Notes: generated from the letters alone by a model not told the origin. A stretch of DNA of 42,701 nt from Draconibacterium orientale (GCA_020719165.1 DYQT01000003.1:1-42701); one strand, 5' to 3'. Positions 16,631-27,762 are shown, numbered from the stretch's first letter. Program-made: numbers and translations.

Positions 16631-18787
16631 ATGGCAAAGAAAAAGAGTTTAAGCGGCAGTGAAAAGAACACGTTTGTAAAGTCGGTGCTGGATGTTTTTC
16701 AGAACAATCCGTATAGCAGTTTCAACTACAAACAGGTAGCAGGAAGGCTGGGCATTAAAGACCGGGCAAGCAAAGACCTGATCGGCGTGATCATCGGGCA
16801 ATTGTTCAAAAAGCAGGAGCTTGCCATGAGCAAGCGGGGAAAATATCAGATCAACCAGGAGAGCCCGAGGTACACGAAGGAGATTAAAACGACCATCACA
16901 GGTACTGTCGATATGAAGCAAACCGGTAAGGCGTATGTAATCCCTGATGATAAAACGGAGGATATTTTCGTTGCTGCCACAAATACGAATCATGCGCTTC
17001 ATGGGGATAAGGTTCAGGTGTTTATTTTTCCCCGGCGGAAAGGCCACAAACTGGAAGGAGAAATCGGGGAGATTATCAAACGCAACAAAAAGCAATTTGT
17101 TGGTACGATTGAGACGTCAAAAAACTTTGCCTTTCTCAAGCCCGATAATGCATCGATGCCCGTTGATATTTTCATCCCCATTTCAAAACTGAACGGAGCA
17201 AAGAACGGGCAGAAGGTTGTGGTGGTCATTACGGAATGGCCTGCCCAGTCGGCAAACCCTTTCGGCGAAGTTAAGGAGGTTCTCGGAAAGCCCGGAGATA
17301 ACCGGGTGGAGATGCAATCGATTTTAGCTGAAATTGATTTCCCGCTCTATTTTTCTCCAAAAGCCGAAAAGGAGGCTGCCTCATTTCCCGAGGAGATTCC
17401 TGCAGCGGAAATCAGCAAGCGACGGGATTTCCGGGATGTTTTTACCATTACCATCGATCCGGAGGATGCGAAAGATTTTGACGATGCGATCTCCTGGAAA
17501 GCGTTGGAGAATGGTCATTGGGAGATCGGGGTGCACATCGCCGATGTATCGTATTATGTGAGGCCGGGTTCAGCTATTGAGGAGGAGGCTATTGAGCGCG
17601 GCACCTCCGTTTACATGGTTGGCCGCACCATTCCGATGCTTCCCGAGCGGTTGTCGAACGGGTTGTGTTCTCTGAAACAGGGCGTTGACAGGCTTTGCTT
17701 TTCTGTCGTATTTGAAATGGATGAAAAGGCCAAAATTTATTCCGAGTGGTTTGGAAAAACGGTGATCAGGTCGGATCGCCGGTTTTCCTATGAGGAGGTT
17801 CAGGCTATTATTGAATCAGGGGTTGGAGCATATTCATCGGAAATTGAGATTTTAAACAAAGTTGCATATAAATTACGGGATGATCGTTTTCAGAAGGGCT
17901 CCTTTAATTTTGAAACCCAGGAGGTACGTTTTAAGTTGGATGATCAGGGAAAGCCGCTGGGCATTTATTTGAGAGAGATGAAGGATGCCAACAAGCTGAT
18001 CGAAGATTTTATGTTGCTTGCCAATCGGAAAGTGGCTGAATATATTGGTAAGAAAAGGGAAAACCAAACAGTAAAAACCTTTGTTTACCGGGTTCATGAT
18101 ACGCCGAATCCGGAGAAGCTTGAAAACTTTACCCAGTTTGTAGAACGACTTGGTTACAAGCTTAAAATCAGTTCAAAAAAGTCGCTGGCCGACTCCTTCA
18201 ACAAATTGTTTAACGATATCAAAGGTACCGGTACCGAGACAATGATTGAAACCATTGCAATACGCACGATGTCAAAAGCCTACTATTCAACGAACAACAT
18301 CGGTCATTACGGATTGGCGTTTCAGTTTTATTCTCACTTTACCTCGCCCATCCGCCGTTATCCCGATCTGATGGTACACCGGTTGCTGTTCGATTACATG
18401 CATCATGCATCATCGGTTTCCAAAGAGGTGTATGAGCCGATGTGTGAACATGCTTCGGAAATGGAGCGCCGGGCAACCGATGCCGAGCGGATGTCGGTGA
18501 AATACAAGCAGGCTGAATATATGCTTGACAAAGTCGGACAACAATTTGACGCACTGATTTCCGGGGTGAGCAAATGGGGTATTTTTGCCGAGATCATCGG
18601 CACCAAATGTGAAGGGATGATCCGTTTGCGCGATCTGGAAGATGACTATTATTATCTGGACGAAGAGAATTATCAAATCATCGGGCAGCGGCACGGAAAC
18701 CGGTTTAAACTTGGCGACAAGCTCAGGATACGGGTTAAGCGCATCGATCTTGCCCGAAAACAAATGGATTACGAATGGATCCCCTGA
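16631..18787 (+). CDS. rnr: Ribonuclease R
   Basis: TIDPEDAKDFDDAIS, GVHIADVS and HFTSPIRRYPDL; C-terminal S1 domain; start at MAKKK. Confidence 0.96.
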   Translation: MAKKKSLSGSEKNTFVKSVLDVFQNNPYSSFNYKQVAGRLGIKDRASKDLIGVIIGQLFKKQELAMSKRGKYQINQESPRYTKEIKTTITGTVDMKQTGKAYVIPDDKTEDIFVAATNTNHALHGDKVQVFIFPRRKGHKLEGEIGEIIKRNKKQFVGTIETSKNFAFLKPDNASMPVDIFIPISKLNGAKNGQKVVVVITEWPAQSANPFGEVKEVLGKPGDNRVEMQSILAEIDFPLYFSPKAEKEAASFPEEIPAAEISKRRDFRDVFTITIDPEDAKDFDDAISWKALENGHWEIGVHIADVSYYVRPGSAIEEEAIERGTSVYMVGRTIPMLPERLSNGLCSLKQGVDRLCFSVVFEMDEKAKIYSEWFGKTVIRSDRRFSYEEVQAIIESGVGAYSSEIEILNKVAYKLRDDRFQKGSFNFETQEVRFKLDDQGKPLGIYLREMKDANKLIEDFMLLANRKVAEYIGKKRENQTVKTFVYRVHDTPNPEKLENFTQFVERLGYKLKISSKKSLADSFNKLFNDIKGTGTETMIETIAIRTMSKAYYSTNNIGHYGLAFQFYSHFTSPIRRYPDLMVHRLLFDYMHHASSVSKEVYEPMCEHASEMERRATDAERMSVKYKQAEYMLDKVGQQFDALISGVSKWGIFAEIIGTKCEGMIRLRDLEDDYYYLDEENYQIIGQRHGNRFKLGDKLRIRVKRIDLARKQMDYEWIP

Positions 18788-18820
18788 TTTTATTTTTCCC
18801 ACTCAACAAAATTCCATGCC

Positions 18821-20563
18821 ATGAAAAAAGCCTGTTTTTTTGTCGTTTTGTTTTTTGTGATTGTCCGGGCACTTTTTGCACAGGTTGTTCCCGGCGGCAT
18901 CGTTGACGAAGTCATTGATGATTATCTGAGCACTCCGGCTGCGGGTCATGTGAAAACTGTACCGGTAGTAGTTCTCAGGTATCTTCCAACGGTTGACGGG
19001 ATCAACCTTGATGTATCAAAGGCTACTGATTACTGGGATTTAGGGAATATCACCCTCAGCCAGCTTCAATCAAATATCGACACCTACCTTGCCGGGTTGA
19101 AATTCTCGCTTGAAGAGGGTTCAAAATTCCACGGATATAAAAATCCGGCGGCAGTGCCTTACCTGGGGTATAAGGTGTTGAAATTCTGGACAATCTATGA
19201 TCAGATACCAATCAGCAGCACCTACCAGATTGGCACTTCAGGAGAGGACCCTGTATTTGAACCCGATTTTATTAAGGTTTACAATGATTTCGGGCTTCAG
19301 CAATATATCGAAAACAATGGTGTTGAAGAGATATGGATTTGGTTTGGACAATGTGCCATGCCAGGCTGGCCTTCCTATAATCCTGCAATTCACCTTCCGG
19401 AAAATTACGTTGAATTTGTCGAATCCAACATGGCAAGTCCGGTAACCGGAGATATTTCAAACAGCCACCGGTTTCCCTATGATGTTCCCATTGCAGAAAA
19501 AACCGCAGTGGTGTATTGCTACAATTTTCGCAGATCCCAGGCCGAGGCAGTTCACAACCATGGTCATCAGCTTGAATCGATTTACAAATACGCGGCGGAG
19601 CAGCAGGATGGCAACTACAACCTTTTTGTTCATGATTTCAGCGGATGGGGAGTCAATTACTCCTCTCCTCCCCTGGGTCGTGCCGGTGATTGTCACCATC
19701 CACCGAATACGACAGATGACTATGATTACCTGAATCCGACCCTGGTGGAGAGTGACATAGAAGATTGGAGCCCGGCCGTGGGGCCGAAAAAATGGATCAA
19801 TGTTGACACCTGGGCGAACCTGGACTATCTGTGGCCTGCCGGACTTATTTTTCCTCAAATCATAGAATCACAGTGGTACATTTACTGGATGCAGAACATG
19901 CCCGGGTATCTGTCGGCGATTCCCTATGGCTCAAATTTCATGACCAACTGGTGGCAGCTTACCTCCGACTGGGATTCATGCAACAACAACGATGTGGGGC
20001 TGTACGCTGCTGTTCTATCCAACCTGCAGGTTGGCACTGCGACCATTGTTTCCGGTGCGGATAAATGTTACAATGCCACTCAAACGATTGCGGTAGCCGG
20101 GTCAGGGACTGTTTTCAAGGTAGAAAGCGGAGGGACATCAATCTTTATTGCCGGGCAAAAGGTCCAGTTGTTGCTCGGAACGAGGGTATTGCCCGGCGGG
20201 TATCTTCATGCCTATATTACCACCAATTCGGTTTTTTGCGGTGCAGCCTTTCAACCAATAAGCGAGCGCGAAATATCCGGGGAAATGGAACAATCTGCTC
20301 ATCCTGAATACCCGGAAACAGCGGGGATAAAGATTTATCCGAATCCAACCTCCGGTCTTCTCCAGGTGGAATTGCCTGAATTTCAAGCACCGGAAACAAC
20401 TTTCCTGACTGTTTATGACTTGATGGGAACGCCTATTCTCCGGCACATTATAAACCGGGAACTCAAACATCAGTTTTCGCTTGAAGCTTTGTCTCCGGGA
20501 ATATATTTGGTACAGGTGCAATATGATGGCATGTCGGAAAGTTTGAAAGTTGTGAAAAAATAG
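18821..20563 (+). CDS. Secreted T9SS type-A cargo protein with uncharacterised His-rich N-terminal domain
   Basis: Signal peptide; HNHGHQLE and CHHPPN motifs; C-terminal IKIYPNP...VYDLMG...GIYLVQV...KVVKK. Confidence 0.85.
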   Translation: MKKACFFVVLFFVIVRALFAQVVPGGIVDEVIDDYLSTPAAGHVKTVPVVVLRYLPTVDGINLDVSKATDYWDLGNITLSQLQSNIDTYLAGLKFSLEEGSKFHGYKNPAAVPYLGYKVLKFWTIYDQIPISSTYQIGTSGEDPVFEPDFIKVYNDFGLQQYIENNGVEEIWIWFGQCAMPGWPSYNPAIHLPENYVEFVESNMASPVTGDISNSHRFPYDVPIAEKTAVVYCYNFRRSQAEAVHNHGHQLESIYKYAAEQQDGNYNLFVHDFSGWGVNYSSPPLGRAGDCHHPPNTTDDYDYLNPTLVESDIEDWSPAVGPKKWINVDTWANLDYLWPAGLIFPQIIESQWYIYWMQNMPGYLSAIPYGSNFMTNWWQLTSDWDSCNNNDVGLYAAVLSNLQVGTATIVSGADKCYNATQTIAVAGSGTVFKVESGGTSIFIAGQKVQLLLGTRVLPGGYLHAYITTNSVFCGAAFQPISEREISGEMEQSAHPEYPETAGIKIYPNPTSGLLQVELPEFQAPETTFLTVYDLMGTPILRHIINRELKHQFSLEALSPGIYLVQVQYDGMSESLKVVKK

Positions 20564-20692
20564 GCGTTGCTCCATCGGGTCGGGTGCAGTTTAGTTTCCC
20601 TAAACGGGCAGCCCCACTTCGGGTTCAGAACGTCAATGAAAAATTGTTTTTCAATTGATCATCAGATCGTATATTTGTAAAAAAAAGACATA

Positions 20693-22150
20693 ATGAAACA
20701 TAAACTCCTGTTCCTGAATAGTATTATTTTATTTGTCGCGTTGCAATTGTTTGTCACCCCTTTTAATTGTTTCTCCCAGGTGAAAGATATCACCCTTACC
20801 ATCCACCTGCGCGGCGTTTACGAAAGTAAAATCAGTCTTTTATCCATGGCCGGGTCGAAAATCTATAGACCCATCATTGAGAAGCCGGGCATTAAGAACG
20901 GAGAAACAACCACGCTGAAAGTTTTGAAAGAGTACCTGCCGGGTGAGTTTGTTATTCGTTTCGATTATATGGAAAAGGAGTCGAGTACCCCTTATCCTTC
21001 AGAGAAGAGTGTATTTATGTATGAACAGGATCTGGAATTGTGGGTAAGCCCAATTTACTGCAACAATGCCGACAGCACCTGGTTTCAGAAGGGAGAGCTG
21101 GAAAATTCGACCTACGTGCGGTTTTCAAAAGAAAATGGCAAACAAAAGGAAAAGCTGGGGTTGTTGCAGAACTTTTTAATGAACTATGATGATACCGAAT
21201 CAACCGTTTACCAAGAGGGTATAAAGGCATATGAACAACGCCGGCAGGATTACAACAAATGGTTGAAAACCAAAGCCCAACAAGACAAAAAGTTGTTTGT
21301 AAGCAACATGTACGGGTTTCAGTATGTGCCGGAAATATCGTTGAAGGGAAGTGAGACCGACAGGATTAACAGCCTGATTAGTCATTATTTTGATGGTCTT
21401 GACTTTAAAGACCCCTTGCTGATAAAAACATCCAATTTAAACAAGTGGATGGACAATTATGTTAATCTTTATGGTCAATTATCTACTACAACAGCCTTGC
21501 GGGATTCATTATTTCCATTGGCGGGGAAAACGGCTATTGAAAAGGCAAAAAAAGGAGATCCGCTGGTTTATGGATGGATGGTGGACTATTTTTACCGGGG
21601 TTATGAGTCGAACGGGATCGATGCCGGTATGAAAATACTGGAACCCTATCTGAGCGACCCAAATTGTCTGACCACCAAAAGGCAGGAGATTGAGCGAAGG
21701 TTGAAAGGGATGGAGACACTTGTTCCAGGGAGTCAGGCCCCGGAAATTTCCATGAAAGATCCTGCAGGCAACCTCTTTGAACTATCCCGATATGAACCAG
21801 CCGGAAAATACATTCTGATCCTTTTCTGGTCGGCCGGATGCAGCCATTGTGTGGAAACGGTAGAGCAGTTATATCCCTGGCAAAGCCAGCCAGATGTTCA
21901 GAAAACCATGCAAGTGTTGGCCGTAAGTTTGGATGAAACCGATGCTGACGTGAAAGCATGGAAGGAGAAAACAACCAAATTAGAGGGCTGGAAACATCTG
22001 CATGATGCCGAGGGAGTGCGCAGCAAAGTGGCGGCCGATTACTATGTTCTGGCCACCCCGATAATGGTTGTGATTGATGCCAAAACGAAAAAAATTGTAG
22101 CTTCCCCTAATACCGTGGACGAATTGAGGAAAGCGATTCAAAAAAAATAA
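20693..22150 (+). CDS. Exported TlpA/thioredoxin-like protein
   Basis: Signal peptide; C-terminal PGSQAPEI...LFWSAGCSHC...ATP redoxin domain; promoter box TATATTTG at 20670-20677. Confidence 0.85.
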   Translation: MKHKLLFLNSIILFVALQLFVTPFNCFSQVKDITLTIHLRGVYESKISLLSMAGSKIYRPIIEKPGIKNGETTTLKVLKEYLPGEFVIRFDYMEKESSTPYPSEKSVFMYEQDLELWVSPIYCNNADSTWFQKGELENSTYVRFSKENGKQKEKLGLLQNFLMNYDDTESTVYQEGIKAYEQRRQDYNKWLKTKAQQDKKLFVSNMYGFQYVPEISLKGSETDRINSLISHYFDGLDFKDPLLIKTSNLNKWMDNYVNLYGQLSTTTALRDSLFPLAGKTAIEKAKKGDPLVYGWMVDYFYRGYESNGIDAGMKILEPYLSDPNCLTTKRQEIERRLKGMETLVPGSQAPEISMKDPAGNLFELSRYEPAGKYILILFWSAGCSHCVETVEQLYPWQSQPDVQKTMQVLAVSLDETDADVKAWKEKTTKLEGWKHLHDAEGVRSKVAADYYVLATPIMVVIDAKTKKIVASPNTVDELRKAIQKK

Positions 22151-22157
22151 ATCCGGA

Positions 22158-22886
22158 TCAGGCAAGTTTTTTCCGCTCCACCAGGTCGAAAAATGCTTTG
22201 TGATATGTTTCGCTGACAGGAATATACTGGTCGCTTATTTTTATCCGGTTCCGTTCAATAGATTCTATTTTGTCGAGGGCAATAAAAAAGGATTTGTGAA
22301 CCCGGCAGAACTGCGGTTCACGCAATACCTCTTCCAGTTTCCGGGCATTCATGAGAGTCATGATTCTCCGTGTTTTTGTGACAATCCGCCAGTAATCGCC
22401 CATGCCTTCGACATAAAGAACATCATTGTTTTCGATCCGTTCCATCCGGGTTTCGGTTTTTACGAAGAAAAACGACGGTTCCGCCGGTTTTGCTTTGGCA
22501 TTATCCGGTTTGGGGTCGCCGGCATCAAGTTGCATGCGTTCGCACACCTTGTTTACACCTTTGATGAAACGTTCAAAAGAGATAGGCTTCAGCATATAAT
22601 CTACCACATCGAGTTCAAATCCCTGGATGGCATAACGTTCATAAGCGGTGGTAAAAATTATGTAAGGCTTGTTTTTCAGGGCATTCAGCAACTGAATTCC
22701 GGAGAGTTCTTCCATTTGAATATCCAGAAAGATCAGATCAATTTTATTGGATCTGATATATTCGATGGATTCAATGGCATTGTCGAATGTTTTAAGCAGG
22801 TTCAGAAAAACCACTTTTGAACAATAATCTTTGATGATTTCAAGCGCCAGAGGCTCATCATCTATGGCTATACAGTTTACATTCAT
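22158..22886 (-). CDS. LytTR family response regulator
   Basis: IDDEPLA, FLDIQM, FTTAY and DYMLKP receiver motifs; FCRVHKSF LytTR domain. Confidence 0.95.
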   Translation of the reverse strand: MNVNCIAIDDEPLALEIIKDYCSKVVFLNLLKTFDNAIESIEYIRSNKIDLIFLDIQMEELSGIQLLNALKNKPYIIFTTAYERYAIQGFELDVVDYMLKPISFERFIKGVNKVCERMQLDAGDPKPDNAKAKPAEPSFFFVKTETRMERIENNDVLYVEGMGDYWRIVTKTRRIMTLMNARKLEEVLREPQFCRVHKSFFIALDKIESIERNRIKISDQYIPVSETYHKAFFDLVERKKLA

Positions 22887-23911
22887 ATAGAAATGGTTAA
22901 ATGGACACTATAAAGATCGTCATTTTTTACTATTTCCAGCTTGTGTTTGCCGGGATAAAGTAAATTCAGCCGGCGTTGGATATTATTTAATCCGATTCCA
23001 CCCATCTGATCTGTGGAGATATTGGTATTTTTTCGGATATAGTTGCTTACATCGAACAGGATTTGTTGCGATCCGACAGATAAATTGATCCGGATTCCCG
23101 GATTTGACACACTCCGGCTTCCGTGTTTGAAGGCATTTTCAACAAACGGGATAAGAAGCATGGGAGCAATGGTTAAACCGTCGACATTGCCTGTAATATT
23201 AAATTCCACGAACTCCTTATGTTTTATCCGGAGTTTTTCCAATGCGATAAAACTTTTCAGGTATTCAATTTCTTTTTCCAGCAAAACTTTATCGGTGGTG
23301 GCATCGTAAAGCATGTAGCGCATGATCGACGACATTTTCATCACAGCTTCAGGAGCATCTTCCGACTTTTTATAAACCAGAGAATAAATATTGTTCAGCG
23401 TATTGAATAAAAAATGAGGATTAATTTGCGACCGAAGCAAGGCCAATTCGCCCGATTGTTTCTCCAACAGCAGCTCGGTTTTAAGCTTTTGTGCATCAAA
23501 CCATCTGATGGCAAGTTGAATGAGCAGGGCATAAATGCCATAAATAGTGACCAATCGCACAGAGTTAAACCACCACCCTTTGTCGATGGCCAAAGATCCG
23601 GGAGGCTCAATATGGTTATACCCGATATATTTCCAAAACAGATATTCAATACCAATGCGTAAAGGAATGAGCACTGCTATAATTGCGATCAATAAAAGGG
23701 CTGGATAGAGCTTGTTTTTTCTGGCAAAGAACAAACCATAAATAAAGTAAAAGCTATAAAATGTTATTATGCTGGTAAATGGATATATGGTTATGTCGGA
23801 AAAGGGGTCGTACGATTTCTCCACATTAAACATGGCAACTACCAGCCAAATCTGGTTGAACATATAAAACCAGAAAGCGAAATGAATCAGGATTTTGTAG
23901 CGCTTCTTCAT
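22883..23911 (-). CDS. LytS/YehU-type sensor histidine kinase
   Basis: N-terminal TM helices; LRSQINPHFLFNTLNNIY, ENAFKHG and GIGLNNI; start chosen at MKKRYK; 4-bp overlap with the regulator. Confidence 0.93.
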   Translation of the reverse strand: MKKRYKILIHFAFWFYMFNQIWLVVAMFNVEKSYDPFSDITIYPFTSIITFYSFYFIYGLFFARKNKLYPALLLIAIIAVLIPLRIGIEYLFWKYIGYNHIEPPGSLAIDKGWWFNSVRLVTIYGIYALLIQLAIRWFDAQKLKTELLLEKQSGELALLRSQINPHFLFNTLNNIYSLVYKKSEDAPEAVMKMSSIMRYMLYDATTDKVLLEKEIEYLKSFIALEKLRIKHKEFVEFNITGNVDGLTIAPMLLIPFVENAFKHGSRSVSNPGIRINLSVGSQQILFDVSNYIRKNTNISTDQMGGIGLNNIQRRLNLLYPGKHKLEIVKNDDLYSVHLTISI

Positions 23912-24164
23912 GACATGTTGTTGCTGTTCAGGTACAAAATAACAACAGATAATGTCAAAAACCAAATGAAATCGGGACAAATCGATCATGTTGGTAGTTT
24001 GTCCGGTAATGGGTTGGTTTCTGCCGATTAAAAATCCTGCTCTGCCTGAACGCATGAGTCGGATTGGGCATAAGAACAGAGCCCAGTTAGCAACAATTTT
24101 AAACAGTCTTTAAATGTTTGTGTACATTTGAAAGATAAATTAGCTCTGCTTAATTTAACAAGGC

Positions 24165-25457
24165 TTGAAGATCCTGAACAATAAAACTTGCCGGTGGTTT
24201 TGGCTATTGCTATTTCTGCTTCAATTTGCAGGCACTGCTTCTATGGCCCAGAAACATTATAATTTTTTTTACGGAAAGGTTATTGAGACAGGTAAGAAAA
24301 CCGGGATGCAGGGTGTAAATCTTTCGGTAGAAGGATCGAAAATCGGAACTGTCACCGACAAAACAGGCGCCTTTTCTTTTTTCATCGACAGCCTCCCTGC
24401 CACCCTGGTCGTAAGTTATATCGGTTTTGAAACAAAAACCATTTTGCTCGATGCCACCTCTTTTTCCCTGACGCTGTATCTTTCACGAAAGGCGACAGAT
24501 TTACAGGAGGTAGAGATCAAGGCGGATGCCCGGGAGGCCTTTTTCAAAGATGAACATTACGCAGTGCTTGATTATGAATTGGACAGCAACATGGTTTATT
24601 TGCTGATTTACAGGCAAAACCGTTCAAACGCCGAATTGATTTGTAAAAATCTGGAAGGTGATACTATTGCTGCCTCGGCACCGTTTTATTTCAAACCGGA
24701 GAGGCTGTTCAAAGACTGCCTTGGTAAGCTGCATGTGTTGAGTCACGATTCGGGCTTTCAGGTATATCGCCAGGAAAAGCAGTTGCATCTCATCCACCCG
24801 GTGAACCTGAAAAAATTTGATGATGTACTTAAAAACTGCGTGGCTGCCACCCCGGAGGTGTTATTTTTTCAGAATGTCACTGACCACGGGCTGGGTGTAG
24901 AGTATTTTGGGGTGAACCGATTGACATTCATTAAAAAGCCGATCAGCAGAATCACGGATGAAAAAAAAATGAAGATGCTGAGACGAAATCCGGAAGATGC
25001 CCAACTTCTTGGCAGTCAGATACAACCCAGTGGACGGGATGAGTTTGTGACCTGGAATTATGTGCATAAAATATTGTACCGGCCAATTAAGACTTCCCTA
25101 TTCAGGATTGGACGTTATATCTGCATATTCAACACCCCGGATCGTCAGATGGAATTTTATGACAGTGCGGGCGCTTTTTCGTATAAACTTGCCTTACACA
25201 TCGACGAAGTCGGGGATGGCCGCTGGTCAAACGATATTCTGACGGATGAAACGGACGGGATGGTTTATACCTTTTTTATCCGGAACGGAACCTTCTCGAT
25301 TTACAAAATAAACATCAACAACGGTTTATTGAAATATCGCATGTCTCTTTTTCATGCATACCCCCGGAAGGTAAAGGTTTACAACGGTTGGGTTTATTAT
25401 TTGTATGATGTTGCCGGCGACCCGGACAATAAGATGCTGTACAGGCAGAAATTGTGA
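24165..25457 (+). CDS. Exported protein with carboxypeptidase regulatory-like N-terminal domain
   Basis: Signal peptide; GKVIE..GVNL..GTVTDKTGAF..SYIGFE..LQEVEI; TTG start; promoter box TACATTTG at 24123-24130. Confidence 0.8.
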   Translation: MKILNNKTCRWFWLLLFLLQFAGTASMAQKHYNFFYGKVIETGKKTGMQGVNLSVEGSKIGTVTDKTGAFSFFIDSLPATLVVSYIGFETKTILLDATSFSLTLYLSRKATDLQEVEIKADAREAFFKDEHYAVLDYELDSNMVYLLIYRQNRSNAELICKNLEGDTIAASAPFYFKPERLFKDCLGKLHVLSHDSGFQVYRQEKQLHLIHPVNLKKFDDVLKNCVAATPEVLFFQNVTDHGLGVEYFGVNRLTFIKKPISRITDEKKMKMLRRNPEDAQLLGSQIQPSGRDEFVTWNYVHKILYRPIKTSLFRIGRYICIFNTPDRQMEFYDSAGAFSYKLALHIDEVGDGRWSNDILTDETDGMVYTFFIRNGTFSIYKININNGLLKYRMSLFHAYPRKVKVYNGWVYYLYDVAGDPDNKMLYRQKL

Positions 25458-25517
25458 CACTGTTCCTGCAACTCCCATCCCTAAAAACGGGAGCGGGAGT
25501 ATTACATCTTACATTGC

Positions 25518-25545
25518 AAAAAAGGGCACCCTTTTGGGGCGCCCT
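25518..25545 (-). terminator. Rho-independent terminator of the S46 peptidase gene
   Basis: - strand AGGGCGCCC-caaaa-GGGTGCCCT followed by a T run, between convergent genes. Confidence 0.7.
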
Positions 25546-25566
25546 CTTCCGATTAAAAAAACTGAT

Positions 25567-27762
25567 CTATTTTACCAGTGTCAGTTCATTGACAAGGTTT
25601 GTTGCGCCGGCATATTTATCCATGATAAAGAGCACATAGCGAATATCAACATTGATGGTCCGTTGCATGTCGGGTTCAAACATAATGTCGCCGCTCATGG
25701 CTTCCCAGTTGCCATCGAAGGCAAGGCCGATCAGCTGGCCATCGCCATTGATAACCGGGCTTCCGGAGTTGCCGCCGGTGATGTCGTTGGTGGTAAGGAA
25801 GCAAACAACCATTTCACCATTTTCGCCATACTGTCCGTAATCTTTGGCTTTAAACAGATCTTTCAGTTTTTGGGCTACGATAAATTCATCATTGGTGGGG
25901 TCTTCCTTCTGCATCACACCTTTCAGGGTGGTAACATAATCGTAATGAACAGCATCGGCAGGATAATAATCAAGTACACTGCCATAGCTCATACGCATGG
26001 TAGAGTTGGCATCAGGGTATTTCACCAGTTTTGGATTCATTTCGCGCAAACCGGCAATAAACAAACGATTTGCCACGCTCACATTGCCACGTGCTGCTCC
26101 GTAGGCGGCAGCATATTTGCCCATGGCTGCATCCATCGATTGAGAAAGTTGCCATCCAAGGTCCTTTTTAAATACTTTCAAATTGGGTTTGTCAATGAAT
26201 TGGTTTGCTTTTTCGGGGGTAGCAAAAACGGATGTTTCATAAACTGCATTGGCAAAGGCAGTGAAATCATTGTTATAGTCCTTGGAAATGGTTGCAAAAA
26301 TAGAGGGTAACTCTGCTGCAGCGACATCGGTTGAATACAAACGCAGCATTTCTGCAAGTTTTTTCCTTTCGATGGCGAGGTCGAATTCTTTAAAATTTTG
26401 TTTCACAGCATCTTTCAATCCGATTTTCGTCTCCTCCAGAGCTTGTTTCTGTTTCTTTTCAAGATTTTCTTTGAGTCCGCCAAACTGTTCGGCCATTTGC
26501 ACCACATTAAGTCCGGCGCCGGCCAGGTTGGCGTAGAAGAATGGAATGGCTACCTTTTTCATTTCTGCATAGTTCTTTTGCAGGTTTTCGAGCACCTTAC
26601 CATATTTTTTCTGCAAGGCAGGATCGTTGCTGTACCATGTGGTGAAATCTTTTTCAATTACCTTTTTCTTATCTTCCACTTTATTCCGGACCAGCATTCT
26701 TGACTGACCGATGAAATTTTTCCAGGTATTGGCAATTCCAGCGTAATTGGCAGCATAAGCAATTTTAACTGCTTTGTCCTGATCCATTCTCTCTTTCATC
26801 ACTTCGAGTTCTTTTCCAAAAAGCTTAACCAGGGTAGGATAAAAAATCTCAAGGTTGTAATCAATTCCATAAGAGGTAAGATACCGCGAGGTTGATCCCG
26901 GGTAACCCCAGATCATCGCAAAATCGTTTTTCTTGATTCCCTTGAGGCTAATCGGAAGGTGATAGGTTGGTTTGATCGGAACATTCTTCTCAGAGTATTC
27001 TGCAGGTTTTCCCTCAGCATCGGCATATACCCGCAATACCGTAAAATCGCCGGTATGCCTTGGCCACATCCAGTTGTCGGTGTCGCCACCGAATTTACCG
27101 ATCGATGAAGGAGGCGCTCCTGCCAGACGAACATCTCTGTAGGTTTTAAAAACAAAGAGGTAATATTCATTACCACCATAAAAAGACTTTACCGAGGCTT
27201 CGTATTTTCCATCCTCTTCTGCTCTTTTCCTGATTCGCGTTGAAATTTTCTGTACCAGTTTGTTTCTGTCCGACTCCTTCAGGGTATCTGAGATCATGGG
27301 AATGATAGAGTCGGTTACATTTTCGATTCGTTGTAAAAACGAGGCACACATGCCATCGTTGGGAAGTTCTTCGCTAAATGACTTTGCCCAGAATCCATTG
27401 GTGAGATAATCGTGTTCTGTTGAACTTTGTTCCTGTACTGCTCCAAAACCACAATGATGGTTGGTAAAAAGAAGTCCCTGGCCGGAAACCAGTTCGGCGG
27501 TACAAAAAAATCCGCCACCTGCTCCTCCGTTGGAGAGTCCGACAATAGCATCTTTTAAACTGTTGTGGTTGATGTTGTATAATTCATCTGCAGTAAGGTG
27601 AAGTCCCATTTTTTGCATGTCGACGTAATTTAACCGTTCGAGCAGCAAAGGCAGCCACATTCCTTCGTCGGGTGGATTTTCGGCATAACTAATTGATCCG
27701 CAGGAAATAAATAAGACCATTGCGATCAGTGATAATTTTAATTTCAATAAACCTGTTTTCAT
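25567..27762 (-). CDS. S46 family dipeptidyl peptidase, DPP7-like
   Basis: DEGMWL, TNHHCG, DNWMWPRHTGDF and TTNDITGGNSGSPV; FDGNWE (Gly at the S1 position as in DPP7, not Arg as in DPP11). Confidence 0.93.
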   Translation of the reverse strand: MKTGLLKLKLSLIAMVLFISCGSISYAENPPDEGMWLPLLLERLNYVDMQKMGLHLTADELYNINHNSLKDAIVGLSNGGAGGGFFCTAELVSGQGLLFTNHHCGFGAVQEQSSTEHDYLTNGFWAKSFSEELPNDGMCASFLQRIENVTDSIIPMISDTLKESDRNKLVQKISTRIRKRAEEDGKYEASVKSFYGGNEYYLFVFKTYRDVRLAGAPPSSIGKFGGDTDNWMWPRHTGDFTVLRVYADAEGKPAEYSEKNVPIKPTYHLPISLKGIKKNDFAMIWGYPGSTSRYLTSYGIDYNLEIFYPTLVKLFGKELEVMKERMDQDKAVKIAYAANYAGIANTWKNFIGQSRMLVRNKVEDKKKVIEKDFTTWYSNDPALQKKYGKVLENLQKNYAEMKKVAIPFFYANLAGAGLNVVQMAEQFGGLKENLEKKQKQALEETKIGLKDAVKQNFKEFDLAIERKKLAEMLRLYSTDVAAAELPSIFATISKDYNNDFTAFANAVYETSVFATPEKANQFIDKPNLKVFKKDLGWQLSQSMDAAMGKYAAAYGAARGNVSVANRLFIAGLREMNPKLVKYPDANSTMRMSYGSVLDYYPADAVHYDYVTTLKGVMQKEDPTNDEFIVAQKLKDLFKAKDYGQYGENGEMVVCFLTTNDITGGNSGSPVINGDGQLIGLAFDGNWEAMSGDIMFEPDMQRTINVDIRYVLFIMDKYAGATNLVNELTLVK

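Noticed and set aside
23912-24164. LytTR direct-repeat binding site between the kinase and the divergent gene
   Set aside because: Only weak TTGGT repeats; not convincing without comparative data
25405-26310. 301-aa + strand ORF, and other long antisense ORFs (6003..6560, 22200..22820, 39779..40285)
   Set aside because: Shadow frames opposite well-supported genes, with no motifs
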